From the NCBI RefSeq assembly GCF_009914755.1, contig NC_060930.1: DNA of 64,000 nt, one strand, 5' to 3'. This document shows, in pieces, positions 26,823 to 41,464 of this stretch. The notes under the pieces are model-generated. The model was not told the DNA's origin. It searched no databases and saw only the letters and a list, made by a program, of their open reading frames with translations. The translations under genes were made by a program, and so were the position numbers. The stretch comes from the human T2T-CHM13v2.0 reference genome, Homo sapiens. Every line of letters begins with the position of its first letter. Position 1 is the stretch's first letter.

Positions 26823-28773
26823 AATTGTTTGGTGGTCTATCTTTTAGCAGGTTGATGTAGGTATTATTGTTTTTAATAGATTTCTTACTGGAGTTATGAG
26901 TAGATTGCAGAACACAATTACAGTATTAGAGTATTCTGGGTTTGTCATGTACTCAATTTTACCAGTGGGTTTTATATATTTACACTTTTGTTTGTTTGTT
27001 TGTTTTTGCATGTTAGTATTTTTTTCTTTCAGTTTGAAGAGCTCTCTTTAGCATTTTTTGTCAGATGGGTCTGGTGACAAATTCTCACAGCTTTTGTTGT
27101 TTGGGAAAGACTTCTCTGCTTCATATTAGAAGGATAGCTCTGTTGGATATAGTATTCTTGGATGACAGTCTTTTTTTTCTTTCAGAAGTTTGAAAATGTC
27201 ATTCTACCCCCTCCTGGCCTGTATGATTTCCATTGAAAGGTCTGTTGGCTGATCAATTGGAGCTCCTTTATATGTTATTTGCTTCTTTTCTCTTGCTGCT
27301 TTTAAGATTCTCTACTTATTTTTTATTCTTGAACATTTGATTAGGGGTAGAACATTTTATTCCAGGGGTAGTCTCATTTGAGTTGAATCTGCTTGGTGTT
27401 TTCTGACCTTTCTGTACCTGGTTATTTATTTTTCCTCAAGTGTTAAAAGTTTTCTGTTATTATGCCTTTGAATAAACCTTCTATCCCTTATTCTTACTCA
27501 ACTCTGTTTTGATCACCAGTAATTCTTAGATTTTGTTTTTTAAGGTAATTTTTTATATCTTTTAGGTGATCTTTGTTTCTTTTCATTTTTTTCTTTTCTG
27601 TGCATTTTCAAAAAGCCTATCTTCAACTTAACTGATTCTTTCCTCTGCTTGATATCACCATTCTGCTGTTGAGAGCCTCTGTTGCATTTTTTAATTCAGC
27701 AAATGTATTTCTCAGTTCCATGATTTCTGTTTGATTTTTTAATTATTTCAATCTTTTTGTTACATTTCTCTGATAAATTTCTCAATTGCTTTTCTGTGTT
27801 ATCTTAGAGATTTCTGAGTATTCTTAAAACTGCTATTTTCAGTTTTTGATCTGAGAGCATACATATTGCAGTTTCATTAGGGTCAGTTACTGGTTTATTG
27901 TTTTGTTCATTTGGGGAGGTCATGGTTCCCCATTTGCTGTTGTTTTTTGTAGATGTACATTTACATCTTTGCATTGAAGGATTATTTATTTCAGTCTTCT
28001 CTGCCTGGATTGTTTTGGGTTTTATTGGATAAGTTTTCCTAGAAATGCTTTGTAATTTAATTGTAGATTATCTTTTTTTTTCCCCAATGATGTTGTTGCC
28101 TCTTTTTTGGCACTAGATGGTGCCTTAAGCCCAGGGTTGCCTCAGTTGTAGTAAACAACCAGAGTGCTGCCCATTCCAAATGGGAGAGATCTCAAAGGGG
28201 ACATCCTGGTAGTGTGGGAAGGCTGGCTAAGAGTTTATGCCCAGGGGACCTGTGGAACAAACCTTCCACAGTGTAGTGCTGCTGCACAGCCACACTAATT
28301 TGGCATTTCCTTTGGCCTAGTTACATAGTAAAGCTTCAGGGTCTGGGAATGGTAATACCCCCACCTTTGTCACTGGCTGTAATCAGGGTTATTTCTCCTT
28401 TCAGGCACTCCTGATGCTTCCCATGGGTTGAGACAGGGACTGTTGTAGTAGGGAGCCCAAGTTGGTAAAGAAGCTGGTTGTGCACCTCGGTCTCACTTTT
28501 TCCAGTGTAGAAACTGTGAGTCAGGGAGAAATTTTTCTCATGCTTGGTGCTGTGCCAGGCAGACTTGGAGGGAAGGGTGTCATGGATACGGTAGTCCTTT
28601 TACTATCTGCCCCGAGTGATTTCACAGCTCTGTTGCCCTGGGAACTGTCTCATTCTGATATTTGAGTTCTGGGATATTGCTGGCAATAATCTCAGTACTG
28701 TGTATTTGTTTTTGTTTTTGTGGGGAGAGTGAAACCAGCTTGCTTTTACTCTGCCATTTTGAAATCAAAAGTC
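26823..28773 (-). mobile_element. Old L1M (L1M2/M3-like) element: 5' end, 5'UTR and ORF1 relic
   Basis: Minus-strand start GGACTTTTGATTTCAAAATGGCAGAG (YY1-type); antisense ORF1 blocks. Confidence 0.75.
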
Positions 28774-28774
28774 C

Positions 28775-29165
28775 TATTATACTATCTTGATTACTTTAGT
28801 AGTGTTATTAATCCAACTTTATTCTTTTTGTTCAAAAATTGTTTTAGCTATCCTAATTCCTTTTCCTTTTCACCTGAAATTTAGAATCAGCATGTGTACA
28901 TATATGGCTGAACTTTTTATTGGAACTGCAGTAAATTTATAAATGTGTTTGGGGAAAATTTTCATTCTTACTATGTTGAGTTTTCCAATCAATGAACATT
29001 GTGTATCTCTGCTTTTATCTAGATCTTTGATTTCTTTGATTTCTTTCATCTGTGTTTCATAGTTTTCAGCATATAGATCCTGTGAACAATCATAAATGCT
29101 GTTTTTTTAACATTCAGTTTCAAATTATAATTCCTAGTATATAGAAATGATTGATTTTTATAAAC
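28775..29165 (-). mobile_element. Ancient L1M ORF2 fragment (host, right piece)
   Basis: TCTTGATTACT..TTTAGAATCAGC..TTCCAATCAATGAACAT. Confidence 0.7.
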
Positions 29166-29639
29166 AATTATTTTTCAGTAAAAATAAGTGACTTTTCTTT
29201 ATAGACTGTTTCTGAAGGATTCTACTTTATGTTCATGGAAATTACACTCTTTTAACCCTGAGATTTTATGGATTGCTGAAGTATATAATTAAATTGTGTA
29301 GTCATTATAATATGTACAGGTGGCGGAAACAGGTTGGGAACAAACCCAATCAACTCTTGGTAAGCATACAAATAAAACAGGAAGAGCAAAAGTATATCAG
29401 TGTATCACAGTAGACTACTGGGCTATAGGGATTCAGCATGGTCATGAAAAAATAGAGTAAACAGAAGGTCAGTCAGTTAATCTGGAGAGTCAGCTAAGCG
29501 AAGGTCATTTAAGAGAGCTTCTACTGAAAGATCTACACAAAAGAGACAAGAAGGCAATAGAAAGGCCCAGTTCCTATGATTGCATTTAAACATAAAACTA
29601 ATGCTATATCTTGAGAACATAAGAAACATATTTTATACT

Positions 29640-29985
29640 CATCACAATATATCTACTGAAGGAGCACTTATAAAGAAGGAAAAATAGCTATTACAATCAT
29701 GTTTTTGAAAAATAATGATGGTAGGAAAGATCATAATTATAATACTAAGTGAAAAAAATCTTAGGATACAAAAATGTTATGTACAATACAATATTACTCC
29801 CAATTATACAAAAAAGTATTTTTAGAAGAAAGACGAAAAATACATCGAAATGTTTATAATAATTATGTATGGCTGTTGGGATATGGTTGGCATTTATTTA
29901 CTTGTTTTTGCTGTTTTTACATTTTTACAGCTTTTACAATGCCTATGGGTTATTTTTACAATCAGAAGAAATGTCATTTTTAAAA
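29640..29985 (+). mobile_element. L1ME-like 3'UTR fragment
   Basis: TAAGTGAAAAAA..GGATACAAAA..TATTTTTACAATCAGAA. Confidence 0.5.
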
Positions 29986-30639
29986 GAAGAAGAATTCTTT
30001 CTATACTTTATTTGCCTCATTGAGATATCTGACAACAGTATCCTCATTGTTCTCTTTTGTTGTAATGAAAAACCATTTCAGGATTTTGGCATTTCCCACC
30101 AATTCCCTATGCCTTTTAAGGAACCAAGCAAGCTTCAGTAGTCTCTGCCATTTGATAAGTTACATTAATGATTATGACAACAATAATTGTACAGGCTTTG
30201 CAAAGCTATTTATTTAATAAAATCATTACTATAAAGACTTTAAAGAACTACAAGCAAGGGTCAGGGCCAACTTCATGATTGTCCCCTTCATAGTCATCCA
30301 AGTCTTCAATTTAGCTAAGGTCACAAGCCCCATGTAGAGAGTCAAACCAGAAACCATTAAATACAGTTATTTCACTCTTTCTCCTCATTTCCTTGCATAG
30401 GCTAACCTTAGAGTTTGCTGGCAGGTGCTAGAGTTATACATAAAATTCCAGATCAATAGCCGGGGAATTTAAAAAGAAGGTGCAGAACATCATACAGAAT
30501 CTAAGGCTATTCTCTCTCCCAGTTAGTGGTTCTTTTCTTTGTCGGTTTTCTTAAATGAGTGGTTCTTAACCTTTCCTGGATCATAATATTTTCAGTCATT
30601 TTATGTAGACACTCAAATTTCCCTAAATTCTTGCATCAA

Positions 30640-30890
30640 CAAATCCATTCCCTCCCCCAAATCTATTACCAATGCACTGGATTTATTACAGGCACATGTT
30701 TCACGTCAGTCCCCCATAGGTAGCTTTAGCTCAGGCTCTATCTCCTCTCACCTTCACTGTGCCAGTAGCCTCCGAAGTGGGCTCCCTAACTCTAGTCTCC
30801 TGAGTAGCATCCATCTTCCACACCAACACACTGCAGCCATTTTCCTGAAAGCAAACCTGATCATTCCCTCCCTCACTTGAAGCTATTCTT
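30640..30890 (+). mobile_element. L2 fragment
   Basis: AGTAGCCTCCGAAGTGGGCTCCCT..TTTCCTGAAAGCAAACCTGATCAT. Confidence 0.55.
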
Positions 30891-31307
30891 GATGAAGCCC
30901 CTTCCTTTATTTTCTGTGGCTAAGGGGAATGCGGTGGTATTCTATCAACTTACAATATCACAGCCAGGCAGAGGAGGTCAAAGGATAGAGGACAATTTCA
31001 CATGCTAAGTGAGCATGCCTTTCTTTTTATTCTCCCCTTTAAAGCAATGATAGTTGGCTTGAGCTGTGTTTCAAATAGGAGAATCATTTGCAGGGAGTCA
31101 TTATGTGTCTCTCCAAGGATCACTCTTCCTGAGACAGATCCATTGATCTACTTGGGGATCAGGCTTAGAAAAGTGAGCCACAGTGATCTGGGCCACATCT
31201 GTGAATGCACCAGGGAGCCCCAGGAGCCAGGTGGTAAGAAACGTCATAAAGGGGGTTGGAGGAGGAAAAGCTCTGGGAGGAGAAGAGTGGAGAAATGCTC
31301 ATGTTTT

Positions 31308-31484
31308 AACAATGGCTCTCAAACTTGGCTGCACATCAGAATCACCTGGGGAACTTTGAGAAATCCCCACACCCAGGCCAATCCAACCCTCTCAAATCAA
31401 AGTCTCTGAGGTGGGACCAGGTACCTGAATTCTTTTAAATCTCCAAGGTGATGGCACTGTGTGGAAGGTTTGAGAGCCAGTGTC
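31308..31484. mobile_element. MER5A hAT-Charlie MITE
   Basis: TCTCAAACTTGGCTGCACATCAGAATCACCTGGGGA..TTTGAGAGCCAGTG. Confidence 0.75.
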
Positions 31485-32628
31485 TTAGAAGATTTGGGTT
31501 TGCCAGAAGGTTTCTGGATGGAGCCTGGGTGCTGACCCTTTTACCCTAACTGGTTAGAGTGGCAGATGAAGCTCCACCCATCTAGTGCTAGATCTTTTGG
31601 AGATTTATTTTTAAAAGCCACTCATTATTCCTCTCCCCATTTGGCAAAAGCGTTTTCATCCATTTTCTCTTTGACACCCATTACATTTAAAAAAATTATT
31701 TAGTCCTATACTGGACAGTCTGTAGCAAGTCCAGCCTGCTCTGCCACTAGTTAACTGGATGCTAGGCCTCAGTTCTTTTCCAGGGAAGCAGGAAAAATTA
31801 GCATAGGCCATCTTCAAGTTCCTCTCCTCTCTTTAGCTTTAGCATTTAGTCCTCTACAACTCCGTCTCCAGATTTCTGAGGCTGTTCTGAGCCACCTCTG
31901 CCCACATGCTTCTGGCTGATCTCTAGCCACAGCTGCTTGCCTCATGGCCGCCACTTCCTGCTGGACGTCCACGGGGCTGGGGTGGTGGGCAGGGAGGGAG
32001 AGTGAGGATGGAAAACCAGGATGACCAGCGGCTCTAAATCCCCTAAGGGTGGTATTCCTTTTTGAGGAACTGGCCACCCCTCTACACAGCAGCTGAGATG
32101 CAGGAGTTCCTGTTTCAACTCCCCCACCCTGCTGGAGGCTGTAAGGCAGGGTGTGATCAGCTTTTACTGGAGAACAGGAAATAGCAGGAAACGTCACCTA
32201 CAAGGGCACATTAATCACATTAGCTTGGCAAACTATCATCTGGGATTCAAAGTCACATGTGTGAGCACAGCATTTCTAGGCAGCCCGTTTCCACAGCCCT
32301 GCTGCCCATGCCTTTTGTTTTAGAAGACCGGTCTCTGCAGCTCACTGCTGCTGGAAGGAAAACTCACATGATCACATTTTGTGTACACATGCATCCACAT
32401 GCATAGTGAAACCAGGTGAGCTTAATTCATTTTGGCTAGACTGAAGTCAAGCTTCTGAAAATATAAAATGGTTGTATTTCTGGGCCAATGCTGACGCTGG
32501 AGGTGGCATGTTGATGAGGCCAGGAAGTTATTCTATTTTCTGGTGAGGGAGTACTTGTCTTGTTCTCTTTTTTTTTCCTACAGAAAATGCAGCCATTACT
32601 CACATTTAAAAAAATTACATTTGGGCTT

Positions 32629-33579
32629 TGAGGTATAATAAGAAATATATAGATATTGGTCACTGCTCCTGATTCCTGACACAGAGCCACTAAAACCCTT
32701 GTTATTTCCTGAGTGATAGGGGTGCGAGGAGAATATTTTGTCCTAATATTTGGTCTCTGACCCAGTTCCCAGCACAGAGCTCTTAAATCCCCTGGAATTT
32801 CCTGGGTGATAGGAGCATCTTTCATTCTAACAAGGTGACTCTTGGTGGACTCCTGTATGGAGTTTGTCACCAGAAAGATCAAGCCATGATGAGAAGCTTG
32901 GAACATTCAGCCTCACTCTCCATCCTCTGGGTAGAGGAGTGGGGCTGGAGATTTAGTTAAAAATTGATCCTGCCTATGCCATGAAAGATCTACATCATAG
33001 ATTTTTCTGTGTCTATAACAATCCCTGAAGTATAGGGCTGAGAGCTTCCAGATTGATGAACACGTCTACGTGCTGGGGGTGGTGCATCTCAGCTCCATGG
33101 AGACAGAAGTGCCTGTGCTTGGGACCCTTTCAGACCTTGCCCTCTGCATCTCTTTATCTGGCTGTGTGTGTGTATCCTTTGTAATATTCTTTGTAATAAA
33201 GTGGTAGGTGAATATAAGTGAGTATTTCCCTGACTTCTGCAAACTGTTCTAGCAAATGATCAAAACTGAGGAGGAGGTTATGGGACCCTCCTATTTGTAA
33301 CCAAGTCAGACAGGGGTTGTGGGTAACCTAGAGACCATCACTTGTGATTGGTGTCTGAAGTGGGGTGAGGAGTCAGGAGGAACTGAACACTTAACCTGTG
33401 GGATCTGTGCTAATCCCAGGTAGATGGTGTCAGAATTGAATTGAATTATTGAACACCAAGTTGGCGTCTGAAGAGAATTGGAGAACTAGTTGGTGTGGGA
33501 AAACCCCACACATATTTGGTTACAGAAGTGTTCTGTGTTAAGTGTGAGTATAAGGAAGGAAAAATGAGTTTTTCTTACA
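32629..33579 (+). mobile_element. MER21-family ERVL solo LTR
   Basis: TG..CA ends with 5-bp TSD GGCTT (32624-32628, 33580-33584); CACAGAGC..AATTTCCTGGGTGATAGGAGCATC blocks; AATAAA near 33195. Confidence 0.9.
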
Positions 33580-34204
33580 GGCTTACATTTAAGGAATTAT
33601 CTTTCTTGAAAATGATATTGAAGTCAGCACTGTCTGGGAAAGTCTGGAACATAAAGTGCTTCTGAGCCAGGATCTTTTGTATCATTAAAATGACGCACTC
33701 TTTAGGGAGGGAGCAACCTACTTTTAGATGAGGGTCTTAGGGGAGACTTTATTTTGGAGCCATTTGTGGGCACATGAACTTGACTTTCAGATCTCTGATT
33801 GGGCAGGAACAGCTCCTTGCTAGGGGCTACTGAATGAACCTCAAGGAAAAGTGAAGTTGAAAGCTCTTAGGCCACATCAAAGAAGTGGGGAGGATACAGA
33901 GCCTTCTTCCCTTCTGGGAGACAAGGGCACCAGAGGCCTTCCTTGCTTTTTAACAATGCGCATCTATTTTGTGAGGCTTAAAAGGGCGTTTTGTCCATGG
34001 GAGATGCTAAAAATATTCTTGTAGGAAGAAAGGAAAAGGGGGAAAGGGAAGATGTGATAAAAGGAAGAAGAGAAAAAGGGATAATTCAAAGTACTGAAAT
34101 AAAAATTTTGGTTAGCTCAAAAAAGAAGTAAAATACAGTATCTAGAGAGCAACAGCACAAAAGAGAAAACAAGCAAATATTCCTGGATGTTTCTTTCTCA
34201 CCGT

Positions 34205-34295
34205 ATCACCCTGAGTACGTTATTTAACCACTCTGAGTCCCAGTTTCCTCATCTGTAAAACGAGTCTCTCTACAGGAATTTTGTGAGGATCAACA
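34205..34295 (+). mobile_element. MIR core
   Basis: TTAACCACTCTGAGTCCCAGTTTCCTCATCTGTAAAA. Confidence 0.7.
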
Positions 34296-34324
34296 AACAA
34301 AAAAGCTTCTGCTGATTCGTGAGG

Positions 34325-34512
34325 ATGCTAATGTCAAACACCATGCACACTCACCACAGCCTAAAACCTTTTCTAAGAGCTTCACAGGTATGATCTCATC
34401 TAGTCTTCCAAACAAAACTGTGAAGGAAGTTCCTTCCTCATTTGAAAGAGAAGACTGAGGCACAGACCCTCAGCTAAACCAACAGGTGGCATGCTTGGAT
34501 TTGAACCTTGCT
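34325..34512 (-). mobile_element. MIR fragment
   Basis: ACTGAGGCACAGA..GGATTTGAACC. Confidence 0.55.
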
Positions 34513-34585
34513 AGTTGCTCTTGCTCCTTAGTCTGTGTTAAGTACCTCCCTTCCTCACCATCCTATGTTGCAGTAGCTCCTCTTT

Positions 34586-34860
34586 CTTTTCTTCTTCTTT
34601 TTTTTTTTTTTTTTTTTGACTGAGTCTTGCTCTGTCGCCCAGGCTGGAGTGCAGTGGTGCCATGTAGACTCACTGCAACCTCCACCTCCAGGGTTCAATT
34701 GATTCTCATGCCTCAGCCTCCTGAGTAGCTGGGATTACAGGTGCAGGCCACCATGCCCGGCCAATTTTTGTATTTTTAGTAGAGACAGGGTTTCACCATG
34801 TTGGCCGGGCTGGTCTTGAACTCCTGACCTCAAGTGATCCACCTGCCTCAGCCTCCCAGA
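34586..34860 (-). mobile_element. 5'-truncated AluS (Sx/Sz-like)
   Basis: Lacks the first ~35 nt; 14-bp TSD AGTAGCTCCTCTTT at 34572-34585 and 34860-34873. Confidence 0.92.
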
Positions 34861-37559
34861 GTAGCTCCTCTTTTGACTATTTCACAGGTGCAATGCTCAT
34901 TCTGACAATTCAAAAGAAATTTGGTTGGCTAAATTGGGCTCTATGCAATTGGGAAGTATCACTGGATTTGACATATCTAGGCTCAGTTCATTGTTAGCAA
35001 ACGTAATTGATACACACTGAGATCTTGTGATCCAAGCCTGAGAACTACAAACATTAAATCCACAAATGTATTTCAAAGTTCAAATTTTACATTAGTGAAA
35101 CAAGGAAATATAAGTGTCATAACACAATGGCAGCTTTCCAAGAATGAATATTTTATTGGTGGGGAAAATTGGCCTTTTGGGTCACCTTACTTTAGCTCTT
35201 CAAGGATGTACAACTATATAAAATTGACCTTATGTTGTGGTATTGAACAGCTGGGCTATGGAATATTTTAAACCAGCGTTTAAAAATAATCCCATAGAGT
35301 GGGAACTGATGCAATCCTAAGGGGAAAGAAAGCTTTGGAGGAGTGTCTGGCTTCCTCTTTTCCTCTTGGCTTGAAACCGACAGGCAGATCTTATCTACTC
35401 TGGTTGATTTTCTAGCATTAGGACTTTATGCAAATGGATCGGGGCCTTGTATCCTGAGAGGGAAAGTGGTTCACTGGAAATGTTTTGGCAATCACAGATT
35501 CTTCCAGGTGCCTGCCTGAGAATGATTTTCTTACATTGAGAATTTTCTTCCAACTGGGCACAGATGACAGAAGTCTGGACTTGTTTGGAAATATGATCCT
35601 ATCAGTTCTCAGACATTTTTAGAATATCTACCCAACCCCAGCCTTTCAGCACCCCTGTAATGATCATATTGATTTCATACTTCTAAGTTTTGGGATGTTA
35701 AAAATAGGAAGGACTTGAAACCCTTATTGTGGGATTTACTGTTTATTCCTGTTATCTCCTAACTTGGGTTAACATGGATTCTGATGAGAATAATGAAAAG
35801 TGAATAGTTTAACCATGTTTAGAAGAGTATTCATTTATTAGACATGCTGCTAAATGTGTCTGATCTCACAGAGATTAATTACTCTTTCTCAGTATTCCTC
35901 TTTCTCATGCACACATTCACTTACAAGTTCAGGCTGTCATGTTTTTGCCATTTTCTTGCCGGTGCCTTGCAATCCTAATAAAATGTTTACTAGGTAGCAT
36001 TTCTCTGGATACAGTGTTGAGCTGAGAACTGACTTGAACATGAATCATGATAATGTTTCTTACTGTTTACATAGCAATGAAGATTATCAGGATGAATGGA
36101 GAGAAGCCAACCACCCTCTTTATTCATCACAAAGTCATTCAGCCCTGTTATTTCTCATGCTGAGAGATTTATTGGTAATTTTGCTGCAGATAAGTTGTCT
36201 TGAAGGGAGCAAAAACTTTCAGGAATTGAGGTGCTTCTGAATCAGAGAAAACTATGATACGTCATTAACTCTGATACTGAATTATATAGAAGAAATGCAA
36301 AAGACTCATAAGCACTTAGAAAAACAGTAATCAGTGTGTGTTGATTATCTCAGCCACGGTATACCTTTTTTTCCACCACACATTTCCGGGGTGATTTGCA
36401 CTGTATTTTCATATTTAACATTAGGGAAAAGTGTGTTGTGGGTGCTATGGACATGTATTAGCATATTTTAAGATGGTTTATTTGGGCTTTTTTTTTTAAC
36501 CTAATAAATCCAGTTCATGTGCACACAACATCACTCATGTTTGCTGCTTTTGAAGTAAATTTCATTTTAATTCTTCCAATCAGTCGAAACATTTGAAAAA
36601 AAAATAACATGAAAGTTTTGAGCTCGGGAAAGGTTTTTGTTATCATTTTTGTTTTTTTACATTGATCTTAGGTCATTGAGTAGATAATAGGAATACATTT
36701 GCTAATGAAGATGAGACGTCAACTGTCCGATATAGTCATCAATCAAATGTCTGGCTCAGAATCAAGACACAGACCCTTCCATCTCCCTACCTGTTTCCCC
36801 AGCAGACCTGCAGCAACCCAGATGGTGTTTTTGGACTATTTTATAAATGTGTAATTCATAGAAGTCTACTAATGATCTATTATTTTATACTAGTGGCCAA
36901 CCTTGGAATTTAGTGTGTAATTTCTGCAGGCCACAATGAATGATTTCTGACAAGAGGTTGTTGTGTTGAAGGAGAAAGAGCAAAGGAAATCTTTCAGAAC
37001 AATTAGTAGGTTAAGTTACTTGGCTCCCAGTTTGAGATTGAGAAATAATTTTTTAAGTTTTTTCCCTGTCCCATTCCCTCTTTGTGACCTAAAAAACCCC
37101 CAATAGCCAGAGAATAAAGACAAAGAGCAAGAGGACTCCTTGTAAGTGCTCCCCCAGAGCAAGTTATCAATTGCTAAATTGGTAGGAGGCATGTGTGCTT
37201 TGCACAATCCACTCAACCTGACACTGAGAAACAGGGACCAGATGTTGAGCCAGGGTTTGGGCTCAAGTGCTTAGGTGGCTGGATGTGCACTTTCCATTAA
37301 GTCCAAAAGCCTGCTTGAGGAAGTGACCAAGTTGACTGCTCAATCTTGACATCTATTTGAGAATTTATTGGAAAGACCACGGGCAAATACACTTTGTCTG
37401 AGAAGCTGTTCCTGTACAGTGGGTTGGAAAGACCCAACTGGAATGTCATTTTCCATGATCTGACCATTTTATACGTCTTCCTCCATGAATAGGAATTTTC
37501 GAAAATCATTGGCTACTTCCAACTGCACAACTGTGTGAAGGCCTTGCTGCCAGCACTGA

Positions 37560-37725
37560 GCATAGGTGTGAGTGTCCAAAGAACAGTATTCTAGTCCCAG
37601 GTCTGCCACTAACTCACTTTGACACTTGGCTAGTCTCTGATTTTCTTTGGCCTCGTTTCCTCAGCTGTAAAATCCGGAGGCTGAACTAGAAAGTTCTGCT
37701 CTTGCTCTGTGCTTCCAGCATTTCC
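37560..37725 (+). mobile_element. MIR/MIR3 SINE
   Basis: TTCTAGTCCCAGGTCTGCCACTAACT..GTTTCCTCAGCTGTAAAA. Confidence 0.65.
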
Positions 37726-37789
37726 TACCTTCGATTACACCAGCCAAGAGTTCTTGACAAAAGCCCATGCTCCAGCTCCCCTATCCCCA

Positions 37790-38085
37790 GCAGCTTCTTT
37801 GCCTTTCCATTGGGAAGTTTGGCTTTTAAGCCTGAAACAACGTATCAGATCATAATGCTGCTGGATCATCTGAATTATCCATGGCTCCTTATTGCCTGCA
37901 GAAAACAAACTTCCTCCATTGTCATGTAAAGTCCCATGAACTGACACCCCACCCCCAGCTTTCCAACCTTATCTTTATTCTTGTTCCTCCAGACTGGCCT
38001 GCTCATATTGCCCCAAGCACATTACATCATCTCTGTCTCTGCTTCTTTGATTTCAGTACTCAGTGTTCCTGGAATCTTCCTTGTC
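37790..38085 (+). mobile_element. L2 fragment
   Basis: TCAGATCAT..ATGGCTCCTTATTGCCTGCAGAA..CCTGGAATCTTCC. Confidence 0.5.
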
Positions 38086-38888
38086 TTTCTTTCCCAACCC
38101 TGTAGGGCAGCACTATGGGACCCAGCCCCACCTTGGCTTCAGTAGAGCTGCTGTTGACTGTTGCATTGATTTATAATCCAATTTCAACTTTTATTCAAGC
38201 AAAAAGATTCAAGACAAAAGTTAGTTTGGAATTCAGTAAATACAATGATTATGGACAAGCACCAGCTGTTGGCTCTTTCCCAGGATCTCTACCCAAGAAG
38301 CCAGAAGATATTGATGGTTCCCAGAATCTAGTGCAAAAATCATGAGAAATCTTTGGGAAGATGAAATAGAGTGGTTCCAGGTGCAGTGGAAAACATAGAG
38401 TGAGAGAGAGCCTGGTATTGAGGAATGAATTTTGAGAAAACTTTCTAGTTATATCTCTCCACCTCTGGCCCTCCCCCTCAACCACATTACTACTCACGCT
38501 TTTATGGGGAAATGGATGGTAAGGAAAACAGCAGCAGCAGCTTAGAGCCAGCCAAAGGCAAGAGGCGAAAATTAGGGAAGGCCCAGAGACTGGCTGGGTA
38601 AGGAGTGAAAGAGTAACAACAGTGAGAGGATCAGGAAGATCCTGAGAATTCTTTTTTTCTTCATCCTGGATGCCACTCCTGTGTTATCAGTTGCATTCTG
38701 TGTAGCAGATCTTGGAAGACAGATCTACCTAGCAGCAGGTTTACCTGTGGCAAATAAGTGGGGAGGAGTTGCTGAACCCAGATTGTAAAGCCAGAAGATC
38801 CTTCCAAGTCCATATCCCTTCTACTCATTCTGAAATCCAGAATGTATTTAGAATTAGAAGTATTTACTTAGGGGTATGGGCTTTTTTA

Positions 38889-40960
<2,072 letters not shown>

Positions 40961-41029
40961 ACGTGCAGGCAGATAAGCATAAAGGACTGACATTTTTAAT
41001 GTTTGAAATAACTGACTGCAGAGGGTCTA

Positions 41030-41250
41030 GAGCATGCATTCTCAATGGGAAAAATATTGTTCCCAAGGGGATGGAAAAATCTTACTCTTTTAATGTCTAA
41101 ATCATAGATATACATTTACGTAAGCCAATGCATAAAAGTGTATACATTATATCTGCCATATTAAAATCTTATGCAATGGAGTAATTATAAAAAAATGTTT
41201 AAAATACTCCTTAGGGGAGCAATAATTTAAAAACCATTGGGAAACACTGG
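41030..41250. mobile_element. hAT-Charlie-type MITE, subfamily uncertain
   Basis: CATTCTCAATGGG .. TCCTTAGGGGAG..TTGGGAAACACTG TIR-like ends. Confidence 0.5.
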
Positions 41251-41464
41251 TTGTTCATAGCTCTTGGGATATATGATACTAAAAGAATACAAGTACTTTG
41301 AGTATTTGGGTACTTAATCTCTGTAAATTTCTTATACATTGATCACATTCAGGCTTAGTAAATAGATTTAAATAAGACCTAAGTCAAGACCACATGATTC
41401 CCAGAAAAATTAGTTAATACAAATTATAAACAAATTTTAAATGTTGAGCAGCAAGAATTTTAGG

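Noticed and set aside
32650-32825. Internal ~80-bp repeat in MER21 and the 156-aa minus-strand ORF
   Set aside because: As I recall, the repeat is part of the MER21 family structure; the ORF is an antisense LTR read-through
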